Origin: Camelus dromedarius
Lineage: Eukaryota
DNA: 64,000 nucleotides
Assembly (NCBI RefSeq): GCF_036321535.1
Contig: NC_087437.1
Coordinates: 14,696,001 to 14,760,000, forward strand
Direction of reading: 5' to 3'
Shown: one piece after another, positions 35,333-49,255 of the stretch
Layout: each line of letters begins with the position of its first letter
Position numbering within the stretch: the stretch's first letter is position 1
Made by a program: the position numbers and the translations under genes
Notes under the pieces: generated by a model
Databases searched by the model: none
What the model was told of the DNA's origin: nothing
Seen by the model: the letters and a program-made list of their open reading frames with translations, nothing else

Positions 35333-36338
35333 CAGCACTGTCAGTCCGATAGAAGTAGAAAGCATGCCACATGCACAATGTTATTTAAGTTTTTTTTTTC
35401 CACAGTGGAGAAATTTCTTTTATATGAGTCATTTTTTAAAACACTTTTATTGTGGTATGGTTCCTGTACAGTAAACCACACATACTTCAGTTGTACACTT
35501 TGATGAATTTTGATAGATGTCTACACCCATGAAACCACTACCACCATCAAGATAGCTAACATTTCCATCACTGCCACATACATAATTTTAAATTTTCTAA
35601 TAGCCACATTTTTAAAAGGCAGGGAGGGAAACAAGCAAAACTAATTTTAATACCATTCAATTTATCTCATATATCCCAAATCCTATTGTTCAGTATGTAA
35701 TTGATATCTCAAAGTTATTAATGAGATGTTTTACATCCTTTTTTTAGTACAAAATCTTTTAATCTGGTTTATATTTATCCCTTCTAGTCTGTCTCAATTT
35801 GGATACTAAATTTTCATCAGAAGTACTTGATCTGTATTTAGATCTCATAAAATTTATAGTTGAAAAAGTTGATTCACAAACCCAGCTTGTTCCAAACATA
35901 CTTCAAAGTTTTCCAACAACTGAATTGAAAACAAAAAAATCATTTTCCTTTGATGTTTACAACTATATGGATCCCCTATATTCACCTTTTTCAGAAGAGT
36001 TCGTTTAACTTTGAAGCAAAAGCATGTCAGTTTTAAAAACCACACCTGTCCAAACTCAGTAAATCTTCTCACTCTTGTGTCCACTCAGGATTATTAATAT
36101 CACCTAATGAGGTATTGTATAAATTGAAAATGACCTCTAAAGCTATAAATAAACAAAAGTGAAACATGTTTCAAGATTTTCTTCCAAATTTTACAGGAAA
36201 AATATTCTATACGGCTTCAATTTTAAAATTAAAATTTTACTTAAAATTAAATAGCATTTCAAATTCAGTTCATCAGCCCCACGAGCCATAGTTCAAGATA
36301 GCTGCACCTAGCTGGTGGCTGCCATATTGGACAGTGCA
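35333..36338. mobile_element. MER33/Charlie5-like hAT element with an L1 3' fragment (~35390-35570) inside
   Basis: cagcactgtc...aattttaaattttctaatagccacattt...gtggctgccatattggacagtgcag. Confidence 0.6.
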
Positions 36339-37691
36339 GTGTAGAGGTGGACAAGATGGATGATGGGCTTAACCAGCTTGTGATAACAGCTGAGGTCATC
36401 TTTGCAAACTTATTTGTGAGAAGTCCTGCTTTCACTTCCCCCAAATACGTCTGAAATGCCTGGCAGGCGGGTTTATCAGAGCATCTTAAATGGAGTGGCT
36501 ATCTTTCACTTTATGCCACATCCCTCTCCTTTCTTTGGCTACACAAGCCCTGGAAGGGGTAATGAGTCAAAGCAGGCTACACGACCTCACATCTAGCTCC
36601 CACTTGCTCAGCTGATCCGTTCTGCCAGTTTCCTCTCCCTCGTAGTGATTTTCTTGCCAAGGTTCCACAGCCCCTCCCTTGGTCTAGCTGCATCAGAACT
36701 CACCACCAAACATTTCAGTTCTTCAGACTGTTGTGAATCCCACATCTGGACTGAAGTCATATTCTTTCCTCAGCCCCATGCAAATCAGGGCATGTAACCA
36801 GGCATCTGTTTCAATGTCCCCAAATATTTCATGAGTTTTAAGAAACTCCTGAACTATCAATTGTACTTAGGGGGAAAGTCTCCCCAGAGCACAGGAGGGA
36901 CCTCTGGGGACAGTGCCGTCCAACTCTACAGGCTAGCCTAGTGCATCTCAGTGGGACCCAGCTTGAGTACCCTATTATATACAATGTTCATGGAACTTAA
37001 GTCATCATTGATTATTAAATAAAAAATGCCCCATTACTGGATATAAAACTAAGAAATAAAACCACTCCAAATGGAAGTCTACTAGGCAACCCCACAGAAA
37101 GCTGGGACACTAAAGTTCTCAGCATAGATGTAAATGAGAAATGTATTGAAGAGAGAGATCAAGAAAAAGACAAGCAGAGTGGGACAGGAAGACAAGTTGC
37201 ATGTTTCAGCTTTGCCAGTGTTTGGAGGGAAGGAAAGTAACCTCCCTGATCATTTCAACCCCAAGTTGGTTTTCATGCAGGCTGTAGTACTATTGTGCAG
37301 TCCCCAAATCCTCAGACAGAGAATTCCATTTACAGTGGTCTCATGTTATCATGAGTTCCCTGGCACGGCCTGAACCTGAAGCTTATACAATTCGGTGCCA
37401 TCTTTAAGAAAAGGAATACAAAATATCTTATTCTTGCAAATTTTACAAGTACAGATGATCACGTGAAGCTGTGACTCAGACCCCTTACAGAGCCTTGGAG
37501 GAGCCACACAAGTGAGGGGCCCTGAAGCTTCAGTTTCATTGGCTTTGAGTAGATCTGTCTCTGCCCCCAAGGGACTGGCAACAGAAATCCTCAGTGAACG
37601 AACTCAATTTTAACTCACTGGACAGCAGTAACACACCATCAACTGGCATCATATCTTAATTTTAGACATGTTAAAGTGTGAAATGATGGGT

Positions 37692-37831
37692 GGGGGGCGG
37701 GTATAGCTCAATGGTAGAGCACATGCCTAGCAAGCACAAGGTCCTGGGTTCAATCGCCAGCACCTCCATCAAAAATAAGCAAAGATGTAAATAAAAACCC
37801 AATTACCTCCCCCCACAAATAAAATAAATTT
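37692..37831 (+). mobile_element. tRNA-derived SINE (Vic-1-like)
   Basis: gggtatagctcaatggtagagc...ctgggttcaatc. Near-TSD ttaaagtgtgaa(a)tgatgg. Confidence 0.9.
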
Positions 37832-38625
37832 TTAAAGTGTGAATGATGGTGCTTCTTAGGGTCAATGAAATACGGTACTTACAAAAGAAAATGGTATGTA
37901 AGTGTTGGCCCTGGTTTGGCTTAAACAATAACCTCCACAACAATGACAATGATAATGATGATGATGATGGCTACCTTTGTCAAGCTCCTTCAGCTTGCCA
38001 GCCTTCTTATAAATGCTTTTGTCTGCCTCCCATGAGAGCTTCATGCCACCACCAAAGGCTTGAAGATGCAGCATGGTGGTTCCTACCTTATCTGCAACTA
38101 ACTCACCTGTTTGGTCAGCACGCAGTCCGGGGGGTCATGGAGCATGATCACAGAGCAATCCAATGGTGAGGCGGATCACAGCAAGACTGCAGGGGTGGTA
38201 TTTTTACTAGAGCAAACCCACACAGCCCTGGAACTTGGTGGCTACTATTGACCCCCTCCCCTACTGCCCCTCCTGGCAGGGGCAATGGTAAACCTTTACT
38301 GCCTTGCTTCAGGCCATGTCAGCACTCCTGCATGTGGTCGTAACGTAACCTAGAAGGACCCCAGAACACCAAGCCGATCCATCACATGTTTTCATCATGC
38401 AAACTGGACTCGGTGGACCAGAGGAGCTAGCACCAAGGTGCCTCAGTAAGGCAGCTGCATGCCAGAGGTGGACGATAAACCCTGAGAACATCTTTCCCTC
38501 TTAGTATTATTTAATCACATCATTTTTACACTATCGAGGTTTGTAGCATTGACAGTTTTTCTGCAACCATAATTCCTTTTATTGCTCAGCCTTAGTCTGT
38601 CTGTATTTAAATGAACTATGAGTAC

Positions 38626-38628
<3 letters not shown>

Positions 38629-38659
<31 letters not shown>

Positions 38660-38772
38660 AGTGGGTAATTAGATACATTTATTTACTTATTTTTAATGGA
38701 GGTACTGGAGATTGAACCCAGGACCTCATGCATGCTAAGCACACACTCTACCACTGAGCTATAACCTCCCCC
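38629..38772 (-). mobile_element. tRNA-derived SINE (Vic-1-like) with a (CA)n tail
   Basis: 15-bp TSD aactatgagtacttt at 38614-38628 and 38775-38789. Confidence 0.92.
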
Positions 38773-38799
38773 GAAACTATGAGTACTTTTAATCATAGT

Positions 38800-39560
38800 T
38801 TTGTCATTCCTGGCTTCTTTATTGTGTTTCATCTCTTGGTTAGCTAGATTTATCTTTAAGAAATTTCCCAAGAGGTGCTGATGGCTGATGGGTACTTGAC
38901 TTCCTGACTTCCTTCATGCTTGAGCGTGTCTGACCATTCTGTTACATTTGGATAAGAACTGACTAGGTGCAATGCTCCTGGGTTACACTTCGTTTCCCTC
39001 AGAACTTGGCAGACATTGCTCCAGAGTCTCGTGGCTTGGACTGTTGTTGTGAAAAAATCTGAGGCCAGCCTAACTCCTACTGCTTCTTCCTGGACACCTG
39101 AATAATTTTTCCTCATTTTTTTCAAGTTCTTAAATAAATCAGAATGTAGATTTACTTTGATTGCCGTCATTCTTAATCCTTTTTTCCAAGTATATGAATA
39201 TGCCCTTTCTGCCTACAATTTTTGTTCTTTCATTTCAAGGGAACTTTTTTATATTATATCTCTGATTATTTTTCTGTTCTATCTGTGAGAGTCTCTACTT
39301 CAAAGCCATCAAAAGATCATCTTTTCCTTCTTCTATGTCTATTATCTCCCTTCTGTCTTTTAAAATCTTTTTCTCCATTTTCTCTGCATTCATTGAGATT
39401 ATCTCAAGACTCTCCACCAAAATCTGACTTTCAGCTTTGTCTATTCATAACTATAGTGGGTTTATTTATTACATATCTAATAGTATTAACTTTGTTTAGC
39501 TCTGCAATAGCCTCTTCGACCCACTCTGTTGTCTTAGTTTATCTCAAAGATCTTATTATA
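38800..39560 (-). mobile_element. Old L1/HAL1 ORF1 region
   Basis: Minus ORF VRLASDFFTTTVQATRLWSNVCQVLRETKCNP resembles the L1 ORF1p C-terminus (IRLTADFS.ETLQARREW..IFK.LKE...QP). Confidence 0.75.
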
Positions 39561-41539
39561 TTACATTAAGAATCTACATGTTTTTATAGTGCAAAGTACT
39601 TATGGAGAATATGCCCCTATTTAAGGATGTTATTGTCTTCCATGATGGTATCTTCCTATATCATTTATATTCAAATCATTTATTCAACATGGATTTGAGT
39701 ACCTACTACTGCAAGATAGTGTTCTGGTCTCTGGCAATACCACAAAACAGAAAAAGTTCTTGCTTTCATGGTGCTTATATTGTGTGTGTACACAGTGTGT
39801 GTCTGTTTATTTGGGTTTGCTATGACGTGTTTGCATAACTGCATCATTTCTTGCCATTTTACTGATAGTTAACCTGGGCTGTGCTACCCAGATCTTTCAT
39901 TTCTCTAATGAAATGAGATTGAATTTTCCCTGACATATATTGTTTTCCCATTCTCTGGAACCAGTTTGAATTCCCTTCAGAGCTTCAGATTAAATTATCC
40001 ATGTTGGTTTTTAATCTACTTTTCTGTAGCCTGAGGATGGAATTGTTATGATTAAATTTATGGACTTCAGCCTTACAAATGGGAATTCAGTTTGTTGTCA
40101 TAACAAACTTTTCTATATAAATTTAATTATAATGACAAATTATATAACTACATTTTTGAAAAGATGGAAAAGAGTAAAGTCACCAATGTATGATTCTATT
40201 GGACAACAATTTACATGATTATTTTTTAGTAACTGAACCATTACCTAAAAGTGAAAATGCTGAAAAGCCAATAGAAGGAGCCCCTGGTCTCCATGGTAAC
40301 CTATAAGAACATGTACCACATGATTCTGAAAACTCCTCGTTGACTGTTTAGAAACAAACTACTAAGCTTCTTCTAACAGTTCCACACAAATGAGCAATCC
40401 TGAAGGTGTTCCATATCTTAGTTGTATTTCACAACAAAAATAACCACATGCATATTTATGATTTATATGCAAACGTAACATCACTTGTCCAAACTGGAAA
40501 TATAACTTCCACCTTCTCCTTTGTCTTCCTCTTGGGCAAGAATCATGTTGGTATCTTGGGTGAAATAGAAAGGAATGGTGTCAAGTATCAGAAATAAAAG
40601 ATGTCCTCCTAGGCTGTCTCCAAAACTAAACAAGAAGGCAAGAGGCAGGACCTTTAGAAAATTCAATAAAGAAAAAATTGCCTTAAGCATTCACAAAGAA
40701 ACTTTTCAAGAGCATTACTAACTCTCAGAGGAACCAAGTACCGAATGATAACATCAACTCAGACTAAAGAACACTCCTGCCTTCAATTATAAAACACATC
40801 TCTGAGTTTCCTGCCAGCCAAGGCAAGAAGGGAAATAAAATAGGTGTTATACTTCTTGTAGCCTTATAAATGAATGTTTTCCAGACTACTGGAAGACTCC
40901 ACATTTTTCCCATCTTTGCATTCTGAAAGGACAATTTTTCTGTGAATCTTTATGTATAGGATCTTGAACAATGGAATAGACAACATCCTCAGGAATTGTT
41001 CTAACAAAACATGAGGAGAGATCTATTTATGTCTTCTATGATCCCAGATATGAAGACAATAAAGCAATATGTAGTTTCATAAAATCAGTTCCACAAAGGG
41101 AATTCTTACAGATCCTATCTAGATTAAAGAATCCATTGTGTGACTTTCTTCTTACTCAGTGTTCTATTTTCCACTTGGTGCATTTTCCAATTGTGCATTT
41201 TCTCTGATTCTGTTTCTCCCTTGGGCATGAAAGCATCATCTGTTACAAGCCATTGTTCAACAAACCACTTTGACAGCCAGAACAGAATGAGCAAGCTGTT
41301 GTCAGAGGCAGGTCACGGGGAAAGCAGGAAGCAGAAACCATTTTTCCTTTGCTGTTCTCTCACCTCTGCATGGTCTTTACATCCTCCACCTGCAGTGGGT
41401 CCTCACTGCTCTCTGGGCTTACAACTTCCCACTGCCATGTCCTGTCCAGGATCACCTCTCAAATATTGCTGCAGCTGTAAGATCACGTCCTCTCTTTATT
41501 TTCTATCAAAGGGCTGAGTGAAGCATCAAACGGAAATGA

Positions 41540-42050
41540 TGTATATCAATCCAGGCTCAACCGGAGAGGCAGAACTTCAATGAGCTCCAGGATAAGGGAT
41601 TTGGAATTAGACCTTATACAGTGATGAGAGGAGCTGGGAAGTGGAAGTCAGAAAGGAAGAGTGAGATGAGTCACCAGCCTGTCAATCAGAGAAGTACATG
41701 TGCTGTCAAAGTGGGATGCAAAGAGGAATCTGGTAGAAAAATGTGTAAGAAGCTTTGCTTGTGTTGGCTCCCCAGGCAAGCATCTGGTGATGGGGCTGGG
41801 GCTGCTGTTGGTCCACAGGGGCAGCCCTTGGATGGAAAAGCTGGTCTCAGAGTGCAGGAGGGCCAGGGCAAGCCGGAAAGCCGGAACGTGCTGGCAACTC
41901 TGCACCTGTCACTGAATCTAACCACGATGCCATTCAGAGAGTGATGGTTGCTGCTCCTCTTCTACCTCCCCAGTTTTGTGCAAGTTCCTCTTTTGGTCCA
42001 TACAGGAAAAGGGATTCTGGAAACATAGTTCCCAGTTGAACCAAGTTGAC
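41540..42050. mobile_element. Probable ERVL-type LTR
   Basis: tgtatatcaatccagg...ggaattagaccttatacagtgatg...gggattctggaaacatagttcc. Family not determined. Confidence 0.45.
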
Positions 42051-42589
42051 AATGGGACAATCCAGCAGCATATGTTTAGATAAATTCACACAGAGTTACA
42101 AATGCCTGACACTCTCTACGAACTCTCTCCTCCAAAGGATATTTTCCAGTGAAGAAACATAAATTTAGAGGAGTCTCAGGAACTGGCAGGCCAGTGAGGA
42201 AGGTACTGGGAGGAGGGATAAAACAATCACTTCTCCAGGGTTCTGCCCCTTTTACAACAAACCTGATTATAGAGGACGGTAAATGTAAGGCTCTAGAGGT
42301 CTGGGGTAATAGCCCAACGAAGCCCACTACAAACACAATTTCTTTGAAGTCTTCTGTTTTATCTTCATTATTCCTGAAAATCCTGTGTCTTAGTTTGCTA
42401 GTTTCAGTATCAAAATACATTTTAAGGTGCTTACTGGATACATGTCTTAATTTTTTCTCCCCTAACCATTCAGTTACGTGCAAGATGCACCCATTTATCC
42501 TGTGGCATCAAAACCCCCAACCACACCACCATGTATCCCCTGGGAAGTGCACACCCAAGACTGAGAAACAGACTTTCCCTTGAAAAGTG

Positions 42590-42940
42590 GCTCAACTCAT
42601 CAGCCACTCCCCTGCTTCAAATGTTCAAAGGCTCCCGACCACTCTCAGGATCAAGTCCAACCTCGCCAGCCCAGCATTCCAGGCTTTCATGATCTGGGCT
42701 CATTCCAATTCTCCTGCCTCACTTCCTGTCTCACTACCCACTCCTTCTCCTGATGTCTCCCCTCCAGCCCATTCCTGAGGGTCCCTGAACACCCTGTGCT
42801 CTTGCTGCTTTCACACCCTCCCTTGTGCTGTTTCCTTTCCTTTGCCCTGCTTCTTTGCCTGAAGAAATCTTCCTTGAGCCTCAAGACACGACTCAATGCC
42901 TACTGCATCCGTGAAGCAGCCCCACTTCTCCACCCCACCT
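42590..42940 (+). mobile_element. L2 LINE fragment
   Basis: ctcaggatcaagtccaacctc...attccaggcttt...ttccctccagcc-like L2 3' region. Followed by an MLT1-like LTR (~43020-43395). Confidence 0.6.
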
Positions 42941-44899
42941 CCATCGTTGTTTGCACCATCAGCGCCACGGCTCCCACTCGGTTACCTGGCTTCCTGGGTA
43001 GCCTGTGAGCAATTCCGTGGCAGACGCTGTCAGAAACCTACCCAGCTGCCATTCCCCTCTTCCTCTTGGTAACAGAAGACCAATCATATTTGGAGGAATC
43101 ACGATTAGGCTAAACCAGTCATGGTGACCCCATAGTCCTCTGCCAGTGCGTGACATAAGTTTGGGCACATGATTTATCTCCGGTCATTGGGACACAGAGG
43201 GGAGATGCCAGGAGCACTTGCTCTCTCTCTCCACCACGTAGAACACGGTGCGAAGGTGGCCACTGCCAGCCAGGACCCTGCCAAACCTTGACCTTGGGTA
43301 TTCAGCCTCAGAACTGTGAGAACATAAATTTCTGTTGGTTAAGCCCCCAAGTCTATGGCATTCTGTCACAGCAAGCCAAGCTGCCGACTGATACCCACTT
43401 AAACAGCTGAGATTTACTGAGTGCTTGCCATCCGCTAGACACCGACTCATTTAAGAGTCACAATTTTCCAGTGAAGTAGGTACAATGATGATTTTATCCA
43501 TCATACAGATCAGGAATCTGAGGCACAGAAAGGCTGAGTACCCAGCCCCACATCACGAAGCTGACAAGTAGGGGAGCTGGGATCTGAGCAGAGGCTGTCT
43601 GGCTCCCGAGTTCACACTTTCAACCACTGTATTCTACCACATCTCAAGGGCTGGCCTTGCCTTACTCATCTTAAAATTCTCCAGGGCCAGCACAGTGCCT
43701 AACACCTCTTAAGGCATTTATTGAGCACTGATGTGCTAGGCAATCTGCCAGGCTTTCCAAGACATATAATTTCAGCCTCACAACAAGCTTGGTGGCTGGT
43801 AGTCCTGTTTGCCCAGGGCTGAGGGGGTTCGCGAGATGCCGAACTTTCAGTGCAATACTGGGGTGAGCCAGTCACCCTACCTCTTAGGCCAGTTCATGGC
43901 TGCATTATGACTTTCCTTGCTCATAGGAAGTTCTGTTTTCCGCTATAGTAGACTTTTGTGGGCCTAAAAAATTTATTTTTTATGATATGAAGGAAAAAAC
44001 ATGTAAAATATTTCCTTCAACCCGAAAAGTTAATTTTCTGCCTTTGGGTTTTAAAAGAAATCAAACATTTCAGCAGGCTCCTAAAAACACCACGTGCCCC
44101 AGTCATCATGCCCACATCCTCCCAGGCCTGATGGATGTGCTGGCTCTGGGTCATCACCTGTCATAATTCCCATCTCACAGAGAGTTTAAGTACTTGTCCG
44201 ATAATCATACATCTAGAAAATTGATGGGGCCAGGATTGAAATTCAGACTGTCTAAATCTAGAGCCTGTACCTTTAATTGCTAAGTGTTTTCAAACATTTT
44301 TGACGGTGACTCACAATAAGAAATAAACTTTATAGCACAGTGCAGCATTCACCCACACACACACAGCTGAATCAAAAGTTTTATGCAACAGTATTTACCC
44401 TTACTACACGTAATTCGTGCTGATGTTTCCTATTCTATTTTATTTGGTTTTATTTCAGTTTTTAAAACGTCAATTGCAGCCCAGCAGAGTTCATGACCCA
44501 CTAATATATTATGACCCACAGCCTGAAAAACCCCGCACTTCACTCTCTAATGCCATTAATAAATATTCGTTGGGTGAACATCTCGGCTGTAGAGACAAGA
44601 TAGGGACATCACCCAACACAAATATTTGTAGCCAAATAACTATCAGTTTCATCTGTCTCTGTTAACAACTGAAATAACATGAAAAGGAAATGTGTTATTT
44701 TAGAAACAGGATGCCAGTGGTGGAATATTTTAAAGTATCTGCTTCCTAGAAATAATGTGATGAGAAGCTTTGATTTTGTGTAGTTTTGTCTTGAATTAAC
44801 ATTCCGTTCTTCCTCAGCAATTCTTAAGACAAGGCCTGAATCCGTGCTTCACAAAATTCATGAACCCAGGGGCTAAAATAAGACAGCTCGTGCTCACAC

Positions 44900-44900
44900 A

Positions 44901-44927
<27 letters not shown>
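44900..44927. repeat. (CT)n microsatellite
   Basis: About 14 CT units. Confidence 0.9.
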
Positions 44928-44931
<4 letters not shown>

Positions 44932-46629
44932 GTGTTACACGGATTTCCTCCTTGATGAATCAAACGTGAACCCTTCACCGGTTTCCTTAACTGTGTGCTT
45001 GGGGGAAATGTGAATTTCAAGCCAGCTAGTTAGATAAACAATGGTTACTAAAGTAGACCCAAATGTAGATCAAGCCATGTAAATACACTGTTGGGGGACT
45101 TTAAATCGTTCTGAAGCCTGTAGGATTTCTGAACTGTGAAACAAAGATGTTAATACTACATAATCAGATATTCTTAAGTGTCGCTGAGGGCCTGGCTTTC
45201 CTGTCCTTCTCCATCTGGGGACTCGACCTGATAATGAGAAACCTGCATTCACTAGGACCCTCTGATAACCAGCTGTCCAGACTGGCACTGGGCACCAAGT
45301 AGCAATGATGGATAAATAAAGGCCTGCATGAAGGAATGAACCTTGAATTAAGGAAATTCAGATCAAGAAGTTGTAAAACCCAAGCTCTGAGAGTCAGGGT
45401 GGTGAGGCAAGAGGAGGCAGGGCAAAGAACAGTTGAGGAAGTAAGGCTCCTAGAGGAAGGGTCCAGAACAGGCAGGTAGGGAGCGTAGGTTCCGTCAGAT
45501 CTCAGCATCTAGTTTGCAGTATGGTGTTGGCAATGGACTTCACTTCTCCGACCCTCAGTTTCCACCACTGTAAATTGAGGTGTTTCCACCCAATGACATT
45601 CAAGATTCCTCAGAATCCCCGGATCTGAACATTGAAGGTCCTGGCTTGGAAATTTTGACATTAGAAAGGGGTCCTCATGCCCAAAGAGTTGGGACCTACA
45701 CTCACATCTTCACTGGACGGCACTTCTCTCCTGGGGCTGGGCTGAGGAATTGCAGTTCCTTCAATGATTGGCCAGCTAACCAAGGAGAAGCCCATCATGC
45801 CCTGTGCTCCTTCGTGTTCCTGATTATAAGTACAGCCATGCCGGGCATCGTGCTAAATTCTTTATGTGCATTGACCTCACTTTGATCACACTTGCTGTGG
45901 CGTAAGGACCATACTTTATTATGCTACAGATGGACAGAGAAGTTTCAGGGAGGCTGAGGGGTCCACCCTAAATTATTCAGCAGGGATGTGGTAAAGGTTG
46001 GATTTGAACCCAAGACTCTCTCTCTCCAATTTCCGTGTTCTTCCTACGGCATCAGGCTGAACAAGTCTCAAGGTCTGCGAGAAATGAGTCCCCTCCTACC
46101 CCACCCCTTTGCAGGCATATCAAGAAAATTAAAGATATATCCTCTTGGACACATTTTATTTCTTTACAATTGATAGCACACTTAACAAAAATGGATCTAA
46201 GGCAATTCAAAATATTAAACACACACATAATAAGACTGTTTTTAAAAAGTTAAAGGATGTATAAATATATACACACACATGAACGTAGATTCTAAAAATC
46301 ATTGAAACTGAATAAGGCCTGTAGTCCAGCTAACAGTAACGTACCAATGTCAGTTTTCAGTTTTGCTGTGTAGCACAGCTACTGACGGTGTCTCCTTTGC
46401 GGGAAGTTGGGGAAGAGAACACAAGACCCTTTGTACTATTTGTGCAGCTTCTTTGATGCTCTGTTATTTCAAATGAAAATTTTAAAAATCGTATCGATAA
46501 ATATTAGATGGGTTGACAGATAGTGCTCTTTCAAGTAGTTATGGGTATACCCACAGATTTAGATGAATTTTGGCAAACCTAGGATGCTTGCAGCAACCTG
46601 ACATATGTGTATTTTTTTTTTTTTTTTTT

Positions 46630-47033
46630 TGCTAGGGTTGCCATAACAAAAGGCCACAGACTGGGTGGCTTAGACAATAGAAATTGATTTTCCCGCTGTT
46701 CTGGAGGCTAGAAGTCTAAGATCAATCTGTGGGCAGCTTTGGTTTCTTCTGAGACCTTCTCTTTGGCTTGCAAACGGCCACCTTCTCACTGTACCTCATG
46801 CAGCCTTTCCTCTCTGTACACGAGCATCCCTGGTGTCTCTGTGTGTCTAAATTTCCCCTTCCTATAAGGACACCAGTCAGGGTGGATTAGGCCCATTCTT
46901 ACAGCCTACGTTTAGCGTAACCACCTATCCAAAGGCCCAAATACATACATCTCCAAATACAGTCACATTCTGAGGTACTAGGGGTTAGAGCTTCAACATA
47001 GGAATTTGAGGGAACACAATTCACCCCATAACA
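46630..47033 (-). mobile_element. MLT1A/B-like MaLR LTR
   Basis: ctagggttgccataacaaa...ttctggaggctagaagtctaagatc...gaggtactaggggttagagcttcaacata...cccataaca. Confidence 0.85.
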
Positions 47034-47449
47034 GAATTTTATAGCCAAACACATTAGAGACGTCTGATGATAGGATAATGATTAAACTTATTCAACAGAT
47101 ACATACAAAGTGCTCACAGGGCCAGGTACTGCACTCGGTGCTGAGTTCCGGTCCACAGTCTAGTGGGCCCGGGGGGGTGACAGACAAGAGGCAGCCCAGC
47201 ATGGTGCTCATGTACACAGACTGTGGCCGTGACTTTCTTGCTGCCCCACTTACTAGCTGGATGACCGTAGGCAAGCTGTTGAACCTCTCTGCACCTCAGT
47301 TTGCTCATCTGTAAAACAACAGCTCTGAGAACTAAATATTTGTAAAGGACTTGGAATAGTAGCTGGCTCATAGCACCCTGTGAGCCATAAGTAAGTCAAT
47401 CTGTGCACATCCACATGAGTCTGGCATTGGAAATGAGATCTATGTAGAT

Positions 47450-47822
47450 TGCGTTACTGGCCCCAATTTTACAGCCTTCTTTCTGTCCAGCCCTTTGCCA
47501 TGTAACTCTGCAGTTCCTCCACAAATGCTGGAATCCACTTCTTCACCCTTCACCTCAGGCTGTCTCATGTGACTCGCTCCAGTGGGATGTTAGCAGCTGT
47601 GAAAGTTGTAGAGATTCGAAGTGTGCCAGTGGGGTGTGTCCCCCTTGTGTTTCTCTCATCATCGCAAGAACATGCTAGAACTAGCCTGCTGACCCTAGAG
47701 GCAGGATGGAGACATATGGACCATTGTCACCCAAATTGACCCTCAGACACCTAAGTGACAACATCTACTGTGTGTGTACTGAGAATTTGAGGTTGCTTGT
47801 TACACAGCAATAACTGACTAGC
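47450..47822 (+). mobile_element. MLT1-like LTR
   Basis: ccctttgccatgtaactctgcagttcctcc...gttgcttgttacacagcaataactgacta. Confidence 0.65.
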
Positions 47823-48679
47823 AGAAAGTTGATAGAGACTTGTGACATGAGGAAATGTTCCCAATAAATTAAATGATGGCAAAAGTAGATAACAAAACAA
47901 TGTGTACAGTAAGATCCCATTTTTATTTTTGATAAATAATGTGTGTGTATCCCAGAAAAAATATAGACCAAAATGTTAATCAGTGGTTATCACTAATGGG
48001 TGGTGATTTTTATTTTGTGTGTGTTTTTTCCTATGCTTCTAGAAAGCCAAAGGACCATATTTTGATCTTGTATTTATATTGTGAGGTGTTATTTGAGAAG
48101 ATATGTCAGTGGATGGAGAGATGAATGGTAGCAGGGCGGATAGAAGCAGTCCCTCTGTGGTGCCCGTTCTCTCAGCCCAGAACTTTGGTCTGACTTCTTC
48201 TGTGGTGGCCAAACCCACACTATAGTGGGCTGGAGGCCATACAGAATGTCTGTGATTTTAGAAGTTTGAAAATGTTTTGTAAGATAGCCTTTCAAGGTGA
48301 GACAACTTGTTAAGATTCTTCAAGGCCCTCTAAATGGTTCCTGTAGTGCTTGGAACATCATGTCTAAGTGCGTTTGGACACATACCAGGTCAGGGTGAAA
48401 TTCAAGGTCATCATTTAGTTTAAGAGCAAAACAAGAGAAGGCCTGAGGAACAAGGTTGAAATATCTGCTCTCTGGCGGCAGTTGCTTCATTTTAGGGCAC
48501 ACTGTCCCATACTGGAGCAATGGCCTCCCCAGGCTGATCAGCCCCAGCAGAGGGTAACTGGGTGGACAGAGCGTGGCCTTTCCGGCCAGCACAGTACGAA
48601 CTGTGCAGCCTTGACCCCACCTCACTCTGGATTCAGAATCTACAGTGGCACCGCATTGGTGTTTTCTTTCCTGATCTTT

Positions 48680-49160
48680 TTTGTTTTAATCAAATTTGTT
48701 GAAATATAATTTAGAGACAATAAAATCCATCTATTTTAAATGTACAGTTCAATGAGTTTTGACAGAGGTACACACTCTTGTAACCACCAACACAATCAAG
48801 GTACAGAACTTTGCCATCACCCTTTCAGGTTCCTGCAGGTCCCTTTGGAGTCAATCCCAACACCCATCCCCAGCCTCAGGTAGTCAATCACTGATGTGCT
48901 TTTTGACTATACATTAGGTTTGCTTTTTCTGGAATGTGACATAAATAAAATCACACAGTATGCACCCCTTTTGTGTCTGGCTTCCTTTGCTCAGGATAAT
49001 GTTTCTGAAATTCATCCAAGCTGTTGTGTGTTATCAATAGTTCATTCCTTTTTATTGCTTAAGAGTTATCTATTGCATGGATGAACCACAATTTCTTTCT
49101 TCATTTACCTTTCGACGGAAATTTGAGTGGTTTCTAGTTTGCGGCTATTATGAATAAAGC
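48680..49160 (-). mobile_element. L1M 3' end
   Basis: tttaaatgtacagttcaatgagttttgaca...gtgtctggcttcctttgctcag...gctattatgaataaagct. Confidence 0.8.
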
Positions 49161-49189
49161 TTTTCTTTTTCTTTCTTTCTTTCTTTCCC

Positions 49190-49241
<52 letters not shown>

Positions 49242-49255
49242 TTCTTTCTTTCTTT
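49161..49255. repeat. (TTTC)n microsatellite
   Basis: About 95 bp pyrimidine tetranucleotide tract. Confidence 0.95.
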
